From positions 15,490-79,489 of the forward strand of contig JBNKWA010000077.1 in NCBI GenBank assembly GCA_050299555.1: a stretch of 64,000 bases of DNA, in the 5' to 3' direction. Below are positions 40,113 to 48,943 of the stretch, one piece after another (the stretch's first letter is position 1; every line of letters starts with the position of its first letter). This stretch comes from Paracoccaceae bacterium (lineage in GTDB: Bacteria > Pseudomonadota > Alphaproteobacteria > Rhodobacterales > Rhodobacteraceae). The notes beneath the pieces were generated by a model. That model made no database searches. It was not told where the DNA came from and worked only from the letters and a program-made list of their open reading frames with translations. The position numbers and the translations under genes were made by a program.

Positions 40113-40739
40113 ATGGGGCAGCGAGGCGCAATCGGCGGCGGAGCGAGCGGGTCCGGTGGCGGGGCAGGCCTCGGCAGGTCGATCGTTCTGGTCGGCCTCA
40201 TGGGCGCCGGCAAGACCTCGGTCGGCCGTCGCCTGGCGGCCACTCTTGGCGTGCCCTTCGTCGACTCCGATGCCGAGATCGAAAAGGCCGCCGGCATGGC
40301 GATCGGCGACATCTTCGAGCGCTTCGGCGAGGCGGATTTCCGTGCCGGCGAACGCAAGGTGATCCTCCGACTCCTGGGTGAGCCGCCGGCGGTGATCGCC
40401 ACCGGCGGCGGCGCCTTCATGTCGGGTGAGACGCGGGCGGCCGTCGCCGAAAAGGCGACATCCGTTTGGCTCGACGCGGCGCTCGACGTGCTGTGGGAGC
40501 GGGTCAAGGACAAGCCCCATCGGCCGCTCCTGCGGGCTCCGCAGCCGCGGCAGGTGCTGGCCGAACTTCTCGCTCATCGCTCACCCATCTACGCACTCGC
40601 CGACGTCCGGATCGAATCGCAGGCCGGGGTGCCTCATGACGAGATGGTTCGGGCCATCCTCGCCGGCATCGCCACCCATGACGGGGCCAATCCCGGGCGC
40701 GGCCCCACCCTTTTGCAAAGTCCAGCCAATGCCAACTGA
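40113..40739 (+). CDS. aroK: Shikimate kinase
   Basis: Walker A LVGLMGAGKTSVGRRLA, DSD, GGGA motifs. The Gly-rich N-terminal extension makes the start uncertain. Confidence 0.9.
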   Translation: MGQRGAIGGGASGSGGGAGLGRSIVLVGLMGAGKTSVGRRLAATLGVPFVDSDAEIEKAAGMAIGDIFERFGEADFRAGERKVILRLLGEPPAVIATGGGAFMSGETRAAVAEKATSVWLDAALDVLWERVKDKPHRPLLRAPQPRQVLAELLAHRSPIYALADVRIESQAGVPHDEMVRAILAGIATHDGANPGRGPTLLQSPANAN

Positions 40740-41853
40740 GATACTGACCGTCGCCCTCGGCGACCGCGCCTATCCCATCCATATCGGCTCAGAGCTGCTG
40801 CGAGAGGCCGGGCAACTCATCAGGACCGTCCTGCGTGGCCGCAAGGTGGCGGTCATTACCGACGAGACCGTGGCGGCGCTGCACCTGCCGGCGCTGACCG
40901 CCTCGCTGACGGCGGCCGGTCTTGGCAGCGACGCTCTGACCCTTCCGGCCGGCGAAAGGACCAAGGGCTGGGATGGGCTGCAGCGGACCGTGGAGTGGCT
41001 GATCGCGCGGAAGATCGGGCGCGACGATCTGGTCGTGGCTCTGGGCGGTGGCGTGATCGGCGACCTTGCCGGTTTCGCCGCGGCGTTGCTGCGCCGCGGC
41101 GTGGACTTCGTGCAGGTGCCGACGACTCTCCTGGCGCAGGTGGACAGCTCCGTCGGCGGCAAGACCGGCATCAACTCGCCCATGGGCAAGAACCTGATCG
41201 GCGCCTTCCATCAGCCGAGGATGGTGATCGCGGACACCGGTGTCCTCGGTACCCTTGGCCGACGGGAGTTCCTCGCCGGCTACGGCGAAGTGGTCAAGTA
41301 CGGGCTGCTCGGCGACGCTGCGTTCTTCGACTGGCTCGAGATCGAAGGGCCGGCAATGCTGGCTGGCGGGCTCGGCGCCCGCATCCACGCTGTCCGCCGG
41401 TCCTGCGAGATGAAGGCCGAGATCGTCGCCCGTGACGAGACCGAGCAGGGCGACCGGGCGCTGCTCAACCTCGGCCACACCTTCGCCCATGCACTAGAGG
41501 CGGCGACCGGCTATTCCGACCGGCTCCTGCACGGCGAGGCGGTGGCGATCGGCTGCCAACTGGCCTTCGACCTGTCCGCGCGCATGGGGCTCTGCCCGCA
41601 GGAGGAGCCGGCGCGGATCGCCGCGCATTTCGCCGCCATGGGCATGAAGCACGGCCTCGCCGACATCCCGGGCGAGCTGCCCGACTCGCAGGGGCTGATC
41701 GCGCTGATGGGGCAGGACAAGAAAGTGAAAGACGGAGAGCTGACCTTCATCCTCGCCCGCGGAATCGGCGAGGCCTTCATCACCCGCGCGGTCGACCCCG
41801 GTCGGCTACGCACGCTGCTGGACGACGCCCTGGCGACGCGACAGGGCGCCTGA
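40729..41853 (+). CDS. aroB: 3-dehydroquinate synthase
   Basis: Internal ATG at 40729 (MPTEILTVALGDRAYPIHIG). GGGVIGDLAGFAAA, LNLGHTFAHALE. Confidence 0.95.
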   Translation: MPTEILTVALGDRAYPIHIGSELLREAGQLIRTVLRGRKVAVITDETVAALHLPALTASLTAAGLGSDALTLPAGERTKGWDGLQRTVEWLIARKIGRDDLVVALGGGVIGDLAGFAAALLRRGVDFVQVPTTLLAQVDSSVGGKTGINSPMGKNLIGAFHQPRMVIADTGVLGTLGRREFLAGYGEVVKYGLLGDAAFFDWLEIEGPAMLAGGLGARIHAVRRSCEMKAEIVARDETEQGDRALLNLGHTFAHALEAATGYSDRLLHGEAVAIGCQLAFDLSARMGLCPQEEPARIAAHFAAMGMKHGLADIPGELPDSQGLIALMGQDKKVKDGELTFILARGIGEAFITRAVDPGRLRTLLDDALATRQGA

Positions 41854-42714
41854 CGCGAGCGCCACGCCGACAGCGACGATCATGATACCGGTGCCCTTCA
41901 GCCAGCCGATCGGCTCGGCGAGGAACAGCCAGCCGCCGAGCGCGGCAAGGACCGGCACCAGCGCTGCGAAGGCCGCGACCTGGCTGGGGCCGAAAGCCCT
42001 GACGGCAACGAAATAGGTGATGGTGGCGACAAAACCCGACAGAACGCCCTGAAACAGCGTCTGAAGCAGTACGAAACCAAGCGGCGCGGCGCCGAAATGC
42101 ATGCCGTTGACGATGCCGAGCGCCAGAAAGGCCAGCGTCGACCAGAAGGCGATCATCGCCGCCGCCGGCAGCGGCTCCAGCGGGGCAATCCGAAAGCGCA
42201 CCGTGTAGATCGCCCAGGCAAACGAGGCGGTCAGAAACAGCAGATGCCCGCGCCATGCCCCGCTGCCGGCATGGCTCAGCGCCTCCCAGCCGCCGACCGC
42301 AAGGGCGCCGGTCAGGATCAGCGCCAGGCCAAGCAGCCTCAGTCCGCGCAGTCGCTCGCCGAGGAACAGCGCCGACAGGATCGCGACGAAGAACGGCAGC
42401 ATGGATGGCGTGAAGACCCCCGAATCGGCCACGGGGGCGAATTTCAGCCCGGTGGCCAGAAGCCCGACAAAGCCGAATCCGCCGAGAATCCCTATGCCCA
42501 GCAGCTCGCGCCAGCCGGCGCCGCGGGGCAGGGGACCATGGCGCATCAGCACCGGCGACAACAGCAGCAGCGCCGGGGCGAAGCGCATCAATCCCACCTC
42601 GGCAATGCCGAGCTTCGTGGTCACCGTCGCCCGCGCGGCTACGAGATAGCCCGCCCATATGACAATGGTCAGCGCAAGGGCGCCCCAGGCCCTGAGGGAT
42701 GGCGACGATGACAT
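41806..42714 (-). CDS. DMT-superfamily (EamA) transporter
   Basis: 302 aa, 10 TM, two EamA repeats. The 3' end overlaps the aroB 3' end by 48 bp (convergent). Confidence 0.85.
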   Translation of the reverse strand: MSSSPSLRAWGALALTIVIWAGYLVAARATVTTKLGIAEVGLMRFAPALLLLSPVLMRHGPLPRGAGWRELLGIGILGGFGFVGLLATGLKFAPVADSGVFTPSMLPFFVAILSALFLGERLRGLRLLGLALILTGALAVGGWEALSHAGSGAWRGHLLFLTASFAWAIYTVRFRIAPLEPLPAAAMIAFWSTLAFLALGIVNGMHFGAAPLGFVLLQTLFQGVLSGFVATITYFVAVRAFGPSQVAAFAALVPVLAALGGWLFLAEPIGWLKGTGIMIVAVGVALASGALSRRQGVVQQRA

Positions 42715-42721
42715 GATCGGT

Positions 42722-43681
42722 TCAGCCGCTGCAGCTTGCGCCGCCCAGAACGCAGAACTTGGCGCAATGGGGGTGGTTCAGCTTCACCGGTACCTCGGCC
42801 TCGGCCAGGGTCGCACCCAGTTCGAACGCAGGCTCGTAGGGCAGCAGCGTGCACGACACCACCGCCGGCCGGTCCGCGCCCCTGCGCTTGACCACCATCC
42901 GCGACGTGGCGCACATGACGTCCTCGGGCCTCTTGCCCAGGATCCCCCAGCAGGCGGTGGTGATCTCGGGGACCTCGGCCGTCTCGTCCATTTCCGGAAA
43001 CAGCACAAGCGCGCCCGGATCGCCCGCATCGACGGCAAACCCCTCGGTGGCGAAGAGCGCCGCAAAGCCGGCCCGCGCCGCCGCCTCGTCCTCGCCCCAC
43101 ATGGTGCGCCCGGCGACGGTCATCCTGACGCCGTTCTCGCTCAGCCAGCGCATGCCCTTCAGCGTCGCGGCATGACTGCCTTCGCCGCGCTCCTCGTCAT
43201 GCTGCGCGGCGGCGTAGTGGTCGAGCGAGACCCGCACCGTCAGCGCCGCGCCAAACCGGGCTGCCAGCGCCGCCAGCCCTTCGCGCATCTTCGGGCGCAT
43301 CATCGGCCGCATGGCATTGGTCAGGATCAGCACGTCAAAGCCCGCCACCAGCGCCGCTTCGGCCATGGCGATCATCTGCGGGTTCAGGAACGGCTCGCCG
43401 CCGGTGAAACCGATCTCGCTCACCGGCCAGCCGCGCTCGCCGATCTGTTGCAGGTAGTCCTCCACCTCCGCCCGGGTGATATAGACCAGCCGGTCGTTGG
43501 CGGGCGAGCTCTCGATGTAACAATGCGCGCAGGTGATGTTGCACAGTGTCCCGGTGTTGAACCAGAGCGTCGTCGGCCGGGTCAGGGCCACCGACGCCCG
43601 GGGTTCACCCTTGGCGGTCAGATCCGGATCGCTGAACTTGGCCATGGGGGCAAGGGTGCGGCTGAAGTTCTGGTCGTTCAT
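42722..43681 (-). CDS. Radical SAM protein with C-terminal Cys-rich tail (ArsS / TIGR04167-like)
   Basis: Start at the ATG at 43681 (GGAGA RBS). CNITCAHCY CxxxCxxC cluster. C-terminal HPHCAKFCVLGGASCSG. 8 bp upstream of the DMT gene. Confidence 0.75.
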   Translation of the reverse strand: MNDQNFSRTLAPMAKFSDPDLTAKGEPRASVALTRPTTLWFNTGTLCNITCAHCYIESSPANDRLVYITRAEVEDYLQQIGERGWPVSEIGFTGGEPFLNPQMIAMAEAALVAGFDVLILTNAMRPMMRPKMREGLAALAARFGAALTVRVSLDHYAAAQHDEERGEGSHAATLKGMRWLSENGVRMTVAGRTMWGEDEAAARAGFAALFATEGFAVDAGDPGALVLFPEMDETAEVPEITTACWGILGKRPEDVMCATSRMVVKRRGADRPAVVSCTLLPYEPAFELGATLAEAEVPVKLNHPHCAKFCVLGGASCSG

Positions 43682-43860
43682 TTGTGGTCTCCGCCTTGCC
43701 ACCCGTTCGGGCCGACAATCCGCGCCGCCTCGCCGGCGGTCAAGCGGCCGGGCGGTGGCCAACGCCATTGTGATGGACAAGGCACGCGGACCCGCGGCAA
43801 CGAGCCGCGCAATCATGAGGTGGCCGGCGGGCGCGCCTTCCCCGGGGTGATGGTGGAGCG

Positions 43861-44190
43861 CTAGGGCCTCAGCCTCAAGGTCGCGAAGGGCGGGTTGCAG
43901 CGCTGGTTGTTGTCGGCTGTGCGGGGCCGATGGATCCGGTCCATATCGACGGCGCCAACAGCCGGCTCTTCCAGATCGCCGGCCACCTGCACTATACGCT
44001 GCGCATGGCGCTCTTGATCTCCAAGTTCAGGCTCAGGGTCGGCGAACCGGTCGACGTCTCGATCGGCGTTCCCATCGGCGCGGCCCGCATTGCAGCCCAC
44101 GCCGGCGATGCCCGGGCGGGCCCCTGCCGCCCCGCGTTGCGCCGGGCTTCGGACGTTGGCTGCGGCTTCCCGGTCGAGGCCGACTTCTGA
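43861..44190 (+). pseudogene. Possible C-terminal remnant of a COG3176-type (OlsB-like / putative hemolysin) acyltransferase
   Basis: Open frame reads ..PVHIDGANSRLFQIAGHLHYTLRMALLISKFRLRVGEPVDVSIGVPI. This resembles, from memory, the ..G.NS.LFQ.A......LR.ALL..E......V.V.IG.PI tail. No N-terminal part is present. Confidence 0.3.
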
Positions 44191-44192
44191 CC

Positions 44193-45011
44193 ATGCCAAT
44201 CGGCGTTTTCGATTCGGGAATTGGCGGCCTTACGGTGCTCAGGGCGCTGACCGAGGCGCTGCCCGACCGCGACTTCGTCTACCTCGGCGATACCGCCAAT
44301 GCGCCCTATGGCGACCGCCCGCCGGACGAGATCATCGATCTGACCCGCCGCGGTATCCTCAGGCTCTGGGCCGAGGATTGCCGCCTCGTTATCATCGCCT
44401 GCAATACCGCGTCCGCCGTGGCGCTGCGCAACCTGCAGGACTGGTTCGTGCCGGCCGACCGCCGGGTGCTTGGCGTCTTCGTGCCGGTGATCGAGGCGCT
44501 TGCCGGCCGCGCCTTCGACGATCCCTCGCCGCCACTGCCCGGTCGGGTCTCCTCCGTCGCCTTGTTCGCAACGCCTGCAACGGTCGCCTCGCGCGCCTTC
44601 CCGCGCGAGCTCAGGCTGCGGGCGCAGGGCATCTGGGTCGAGGCCGAGCCCTGCGCGGGGCTGGTGGCCGCGCTCGAGGCCGGCAACCGAACGGCTGCCG
44701 AGGCACAGGTGGTCGGTCACGTCGCCGCCCTCCTGTCTCGGCTGCCGGCGCCCGAGGCGGCGGTGCTCGGCTGCACCCACTACCCGCTCGTGGCCGATGC
44801 GTTCCGCGCTGCGCTGCCGCCCGAAACCGCCATGCTCTCGCAGCCCGACCTAACCGCCGCCTCACTGAGGCGCTACCTGAGGCGCTTCCCTCGCCTGGTG
44901 GGCCGCGCCGAGGGTGGCCGGGTCCGCTACCTTGCCACCGGTGACCCCGGGGCCGCCCGCAATGCGGCGCTGGCGCTCACCGGGCAGGATCTGCCCTTCG
45001 CGACAGCGTGA
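44193..45011 (+). CDS. murI: Glutamate racemase
   Basis: GVFDSGIGGLTVL, ACNTAS and GCTHYP catalytic Cys motifs. Confidence 0.95.
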   Translation: MPIGVFDSGIGGLTVLRALTEALPDRDFVYLGDTANAPYGDRPPDEIIDLTRRGILRLWAEDCRLVIIACNTASAVALRNLQDWFVPADRRVLGVFVPVIEALAGRAFDDPSPPLPGRVSSVALFATPATVASRAFPRELRLRAQGIWVEAEPCAGLVAALEAGNRTAAEAQVVGHVAALLSRLPAPEAAVLGCTHYPLVADAFRAALPPETAMLSQPDLTAASLRRYLRRFPRLVGRAEGGRVRYLATGDPGAARNAALALTGQDLPFATA

Positions 45012-45067
45012 TTGCGACGCGCGGGCTTTTGCCCTAAACCGCCGCCCTCAAGCATCGAGGGATCGTC

Positions 45068-46099
45068 ATGACCGATCGGAAGCGGATCGCCATCATCGGG
45101 GCCAGCGGCTATACCGGTGCCGAGCTCGTCCGTATCGTCGGCGACCATCCGATGATGCGGATTGTCGCGCTCTGCGCCAACCAGAAGGCCGGCCAGCCCA
45201 TGGCTGCGGTCTTTCCGCATCTACGCCACCTCGATCTGCCGATGCTGACCCGGGTCGAGGAAACCGACTTTTCGGATGCCGACCTGATCTTCTGCGCCCT
45301 GCCGCACGCCACCAGCCAGGCGGTGATCCGCGACCTGCCGCGCGACAAGCGCATCGTCGACCTGTCGGCCGACTTCCGGCTGCGCGATCCGGCCGTCTAC
45401 AAGGCGTGGTACGGCAACGACCATGCCGCACTCGATTGCCAGGCCGAGGCGGTCTACGGGCTGACCGAATACTATCGCGATGACATCCGCAGCGCGCGGA
45501 TCGTCGCCTGCACCGGCTGCAACGCGCTCGCCGGCAATCTCGCGCTGCTGCCGCTGCTCCAGGCGGGTGTCATCGATCCCGACGACATCGCCATCTCGCT
45601 CGTCACCGGCGTGTCCGGAGCAGGGCGGTCGGCGAAGGAGAACCTGCTGCATGCCGAGGCCTCCGAGGGCGTGACCCCGTATGCGCTCGCCGGCCACCGC
45701 CACATGGCGGAATTCGAGCAGGAGATGTCGAAGGTCGCGGGCCGGCCGGTCAGCCCCACGTTCATCCCGCATCTGGCGCCGCAGAACCGCGGTATCCTCG
45801 CCACGGTGTTCGTCAGGGGCGTGGCCGAGGACATCCACGGCGCTTATCAGGCGCGCTACGGTGACGAGCCGTTCCTCGTCGTCCTGCCGCTGGGCGAGGC
45901 GCCATCCAGCCACCACGTCCGTGGTTCGAACTACGCCCATGTGGGCGTCGTTGCCGACCGCCGGCCGGGCCGGGCCGTGGTGTTCTCGGCGCTCGACAAC
46001 CTGACCAAGGGCTCGTCGGGCATGGCGGTGCAGAACGCCAACCTCATGCTCGGACTGCCCGAGACCATGGGGCTGACCTTTGCGCCGCTCTTCCCATGA
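45068..46099 (+). CDS. argC: N-acetyl-gamma-glutamyl-phosphate reductase
   Basis: [18 protein letters not shown](P) motif. ACTGCNA catalytic Cys. 343 aa. Confidence 0.95.
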   Translation: MTDRKRIAIIGASGYTGAELVRIVGDHPMMRIVALCANQKAGQPMAAVFPHLRHLDLPMLTRVEETDFSDADLIFCALPHATSQAVIRDLPRDKRIVDLSADFRLRDPAVYKAWYGNDHAALDCQAEAVYGLTEYYRDDIRSARIVACTGCNALAGNLALLPLLQAGVIDPDDIAISLVTGVSGAGRSAKENLLHAEASEGVTPYALAGHRHMAEFEQEMSKVAGRPVSPTFIPHLAPQNRGILATVFVRGVAEDIHGAYQARYGDEPFLVVLPLGEAPSSHHVRGSNYAHVGVVADRRPGRAVVFSALDNLTKGSSGMAVQNANLMLGLPETMGLTFAPLFP

Positions 46100-46135
46100 G
46101 CGCGTGGGCGCCTAGATAGACGGCGGGAGGCTGCC

Positions 46136-46579
46136 ATGGCCGGACTGAAGAAGAAGCAGCGCATCCAGTTCCTCGGTGTTGCCGGGGTGCTGCTGGTGGC
46201 TGCCGTTGCGCTGGGCATCTGGGCGGCGGACGATGCCCTGCAGTTCTTCCGCACGCCCTCGGACCTGGTCGAAAGGCCGGTCGAGGATGGCCGGGTCTTC
46301 CGCCTCGGCGGGCTGGTCAAGGAAGGAACCTGGCAGCGAAACGGCACCGAGCACCACTTCGTCGTCACCGATCTCGATATGGATTATCCGGTCATTTACA
46401 ACGGTTTGGTTCCGGATCTTTTCAAGGAAGGTGAAGGCACGGTGGTGACCGGCGCCATCGAGGGCGGCGTTTTCCACGCCACCGAAGTGCTGGCCAAGCA
46501 CGATGAGAGCTACATGCCGAAAGAGGTCTCTGAAGCGCTCAAGGAACGTGGCCTCTACCAGCCCGACCCCGGCAGCTAA
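46136..46579 (+). CDS. ccmE: Cytochrome c maturation heme chaperone CcmE (CycJ)
   Basis: N-terminal TM anchor, OB fold, heme-binding VLAKHDESYMPKEV. Confidence 0.95.
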   Translation: MAGLKKKQRIQFLGVAGVLLVAAVALGIWAADDALQFFRTPSDLVERPVEDGRVFRLGGLVKEGTWQRNGTEHHFVVTDLDMDYPVIYNGLVPDLFKEGEGTVVTGAIEGGVFHATEVLAKHDESYMPKEVSEALKERGLYQPDPGS

Positions 46580-46591
46580 TCGGTTCTTAAC
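46576..46591 (+). promoter_or_regulatory. Near-consensus CtrA box cTAA-N7-TTAAC upstream of the endolysin gene
   Basis: CTAATCGGTTCTTAAC overlaps the ccmE stop codon, about 60 nt upstream of the GTG at 46651. One mismatch to TTAA-N7-TTAAC. Confidence 0.3.
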
Positions 46592-46650
46592 CAGCCCAGC
46601 GCAGCTTCTCCGGCCTGTCATTCCCGACATTGTCAGCCGGAGGCCACGAC

Positions 46651-47262
46651 GTGCAAAGCGTGGACGATATCGCGCGTGAAATTTTGAGGCGGGAGGGCGG
46701 TTTCGTCAACGACCCCGCCGACCGCGGCGGTGCCACCAATCACGGTGTCACCATCGGCACCATGCGTCGGCTTGGCCTCGACCTCGACCGCGACGGCGAT
46801 GTCGACGTGGCGGATGTCAAGCTGCTGACCGCCGACCAGGCGCTGGCGATCTACAAGCGCCATTACTTCGAACGGCCGGGGATCGCGCATCTGCCCGATA
46901 CGGTGCAGCCCTCGGTCTTCGACATGTATGTCAATGCCGGGGCCAACGCGGTGAAGATCCTGCAGCGTCTGCTCGGCGGCTTCGGGCATCCGGTCCCCGC
47001 CGACGGCATCATCGGCCCGCAGACCCGGGCGGCGGCTGAAAAGGCCGGCCGGCTGGCGCCGGATCATATCGGCGACGCCTACGGCATCGAGCGGCGCAAC
47101 TATTATTACCGGCTCGCCGACGGCAATCCGGCCTGGCGCAAGTACGCGCGGACTCGCAGCGGCGGCAAGGGGGGCTGGATCCTCCGCGCCGAGGCGTTCA
47201 TCGCGCCGCGCTTCCATCTCACCGAAACAGAACACGCGGAAAGGATCGCGGCATGGGGCTGA
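46651..47262 (+). CDS. GH108-type N-acetylmuramidase with PG_binding_3 domain (RcGTA-type endolysin)
   Basis: GTG at 46651 preceded by GGAGG (7-nt spacer). ILRREGGFVNDPADRGGATNHGVT catalytic region. The track start at 46630 (TTG) is possible. Confidence 0.85.
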   Translation: MQSVDDIAREILRREGGFVNDPADRGGATNHGVTIGTMRRLGLDLDRDGDVDVADVKLLTADQALAIYKRHYFERPGIAHLPDTVQPSVFDMYVNAGANAVKILQRLLGGFGHPVPADGIIGPQTRAAAEKAGRLAPDHIGDAYGIERRNYYYRLADGNPAWRKYARTRSGGKGGWILRAEAFIAPRFHLTETEHAERIAAWG

Positions 47263-47858
47263 TCGGAAACATCCTCGGCATCGGCGGCGCGGCCCGCGAC
47301 GTGGCCGAGGTCTTCGTCGAGAACCGCACCAAGAAGGCCGAGCAGGAGCACGAGGAGAACATCGCCACCCTCGACCAGCTCGCCAAGGAGTTCGCCCGGC
47401 CGCGCGGCGGCTGGTTCGACGAGACAGTGGACGGCATGAACCGCCTGCCGCGCCCGGCATTGGCGCTCTCGACCATCGGCCTTTTCGGCTATGCCATGGC
47501 CGACCCCATCGGCTTTGCCGCCCGCATGCAGGGGCTGCAGCTTGTGCCCGACCCGCTGTGGTGGCTCATGGGGGGCGTCGTCTCGTTCTATTTCGGGGCG
47601 CGCGAGCTGCACTACCTGCGCGGCAATGACGTGCCGATGCAACGGGTGCGCGAGGTGGCCGATTCGATCCGCGAGCTGCAGGGCCTGCGCCCGCAGCCCG
47701 AGCCGGCGGACGACGACCCCGAGGCGCCGCCGGTGGTGGCCGACACCATCGGCAACACCCCGAGCGACGCCTTCACGCGGCCGGCGACACGCACCACGTC
47801 CACCGGGCCAAGTGGCAATGCCGCGCTCGATGAATGGCGTGCGCTGCAGCGGGGCTGA
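47253..47858 (+). CDS. 3-TM holin of the gene-transfer-agent release type
   Basis: MGLIGNILGIGGAARDVAEVFVENRTKKAEQEHEE... followed by hydrophobic segments. 10-nt overlap with the endolysin gene. Confidence 0.8.
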   Translation: MGLIGNILGIGGAARDVAEVFVENRTKKAEQEHEENIATLDQLAKEFARPRGGWFDETVDGMNRLPRPALALSTIGLFGYAMADPIGFAARMQGLQLVPDPLWWLMGGVVSFYFGARELHYLRGNDVPMQRVREVADSIRELQGLRPQPEPADDDPEAPPVVADTIGNTPSDAFTRPATRTTSTGPSGNAALDEWRALQRG

Positions 47859-47938
47859 CATTGTACCCCGCACAGGATGGGCTTTGACTTGCCGGTCTGG
47901 CCACCGGCAAGAAAAGCGCGAGAACCGGGGGGCCCGCC

Positions 47939-48835
47939 ATGCCATACTACGAATTCGACTGGATCGACGCCTTCACGCTGACGCCGTTCGGCGGCAACGG
48001 CTGCGCCGTCATCCACGGCGCGGATGACCTCGACCCCGACTGCTGCACCGCCATCGTGCGCGAGACCGGACTTGTGGAATGTGCCTTCGTGGTGACATCG
48101 GACAAGGCCGATTTCGGCGCCCGCTACTACCTCGCCGACCGCGAGATCCCGATGGCCGGGCACCCGACGGTGGCTACGATCCGCTCGCTGATCCACCGCG
48201 GTCTTGTCGACCTCTCGACCGGCCGCGCCGAGCTGACGCTCGAGCTTGGGGCCGGCGTCATGCCCATCGAGGTCACTGTTGAGAACGACGAGCCGCTGAT
48301 CACCATGACCCAGGCGCGCCCGGTCTTCGGTTCGCGCCAGGAACCGGCCACCATTGCCGCCCTGTACAGGCTCGACGCCGCCGACATCGTCGGTACGCCC
48401 CGGATCGTTTCCACCGGCACACCCTTCTGCGTCACCGTCCTCACTGCGCAGTCGGCACTGAAGAAGGCCCGGCTCGACTTCGACCGCCTCGTCGCGTGGC
48501 GTGCGACAAGCGGCGAAAGCCAGGCCGCATTGTTGGAGCCGTTCCTTGTCACCCTTGGCGGCGCTACCCCCGATGGCGACACGTTCTCGCGCCTTCTCCT
48601 CGCCCCGCCGCTGCCGGCCGAGGATCCGTTTACCGGCGCCGCCACCGGCTGCATGGCCGCCTATCTCTGGGCCGAGGGTCTGATCGACGCCCAGCGCTTC
48701 ATCGCCGAGCAGGGCCACTGGCTCGGTCGTCCCGGCAATGCCCGGGTCGAAGTCCTGGGCCCCCAGGACGATATCGCCGGGGTGCGCGTCGCCGGCCACG
48801 GCACGGTGCTCATGGAAGGCCGGCTGCGGCTCTGA
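47939..48835 (+). CDS. PhzF-family isomerase-like protein
   Basis: 298 aa. FTLTPFGGNGCAV...ETGLVECAFV and a second-half repeat typical of the PhzF/DAP-epimerase-like fold. Confidence 0.85.
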   Translation: MPYYEFDWIDAFTLTPFGGNGCAVIHGADDLDPDCCTAIVRETGLVECAFVVTSDKADFGARYYLADREIPMAGHPTVATIRSLIHRGLVDLSTGRAELTLELGAGVMPIEVTVENDEPLITMTQARPVFGSRQEPATIAALYRLDAADIVGTPRIVSTGTPFCVTVLTAQSALKKARLDFDRLVAWRATSGESQAALLEPFLVTLGGATPDGDTFSRLLLAPPLPAEDPFTGAATGCMAAYLWAEGLIDAQRFIAEQGHWLGRPGNARVEVLGPQDDIAGVRVAGHGTVLMEGRLRL

Positions 48836-48943
48836 GACTCCCTGGGCGTGGCGCCTGCGTCGACATGTCCGGATATACCACGTTAGGGTGATTTGAAGCC
48901 GGCGCCGCGCCGCCTATACTCCGCCGCGAAACGGAGGCCAGAA

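Noticed and set aside
41806-41853. 48-bp convergent overlap of the aroB and DMT-transporter 3' ends.
   Set aside because: It is probably just a loosely defined hydrophilic C-terminal tail of the transporter. Nothing in the sequence suggests a functional antisense element.
46630-47858. Endolysin/holin pair read as evidence of a resident prophage.
   Set aside because: No integrase, terminase, capsid or tail genes flank it. The housekeeping genes ccmE and ccmF surround it. This is consistent with a domesticated GTA lysis cassette.
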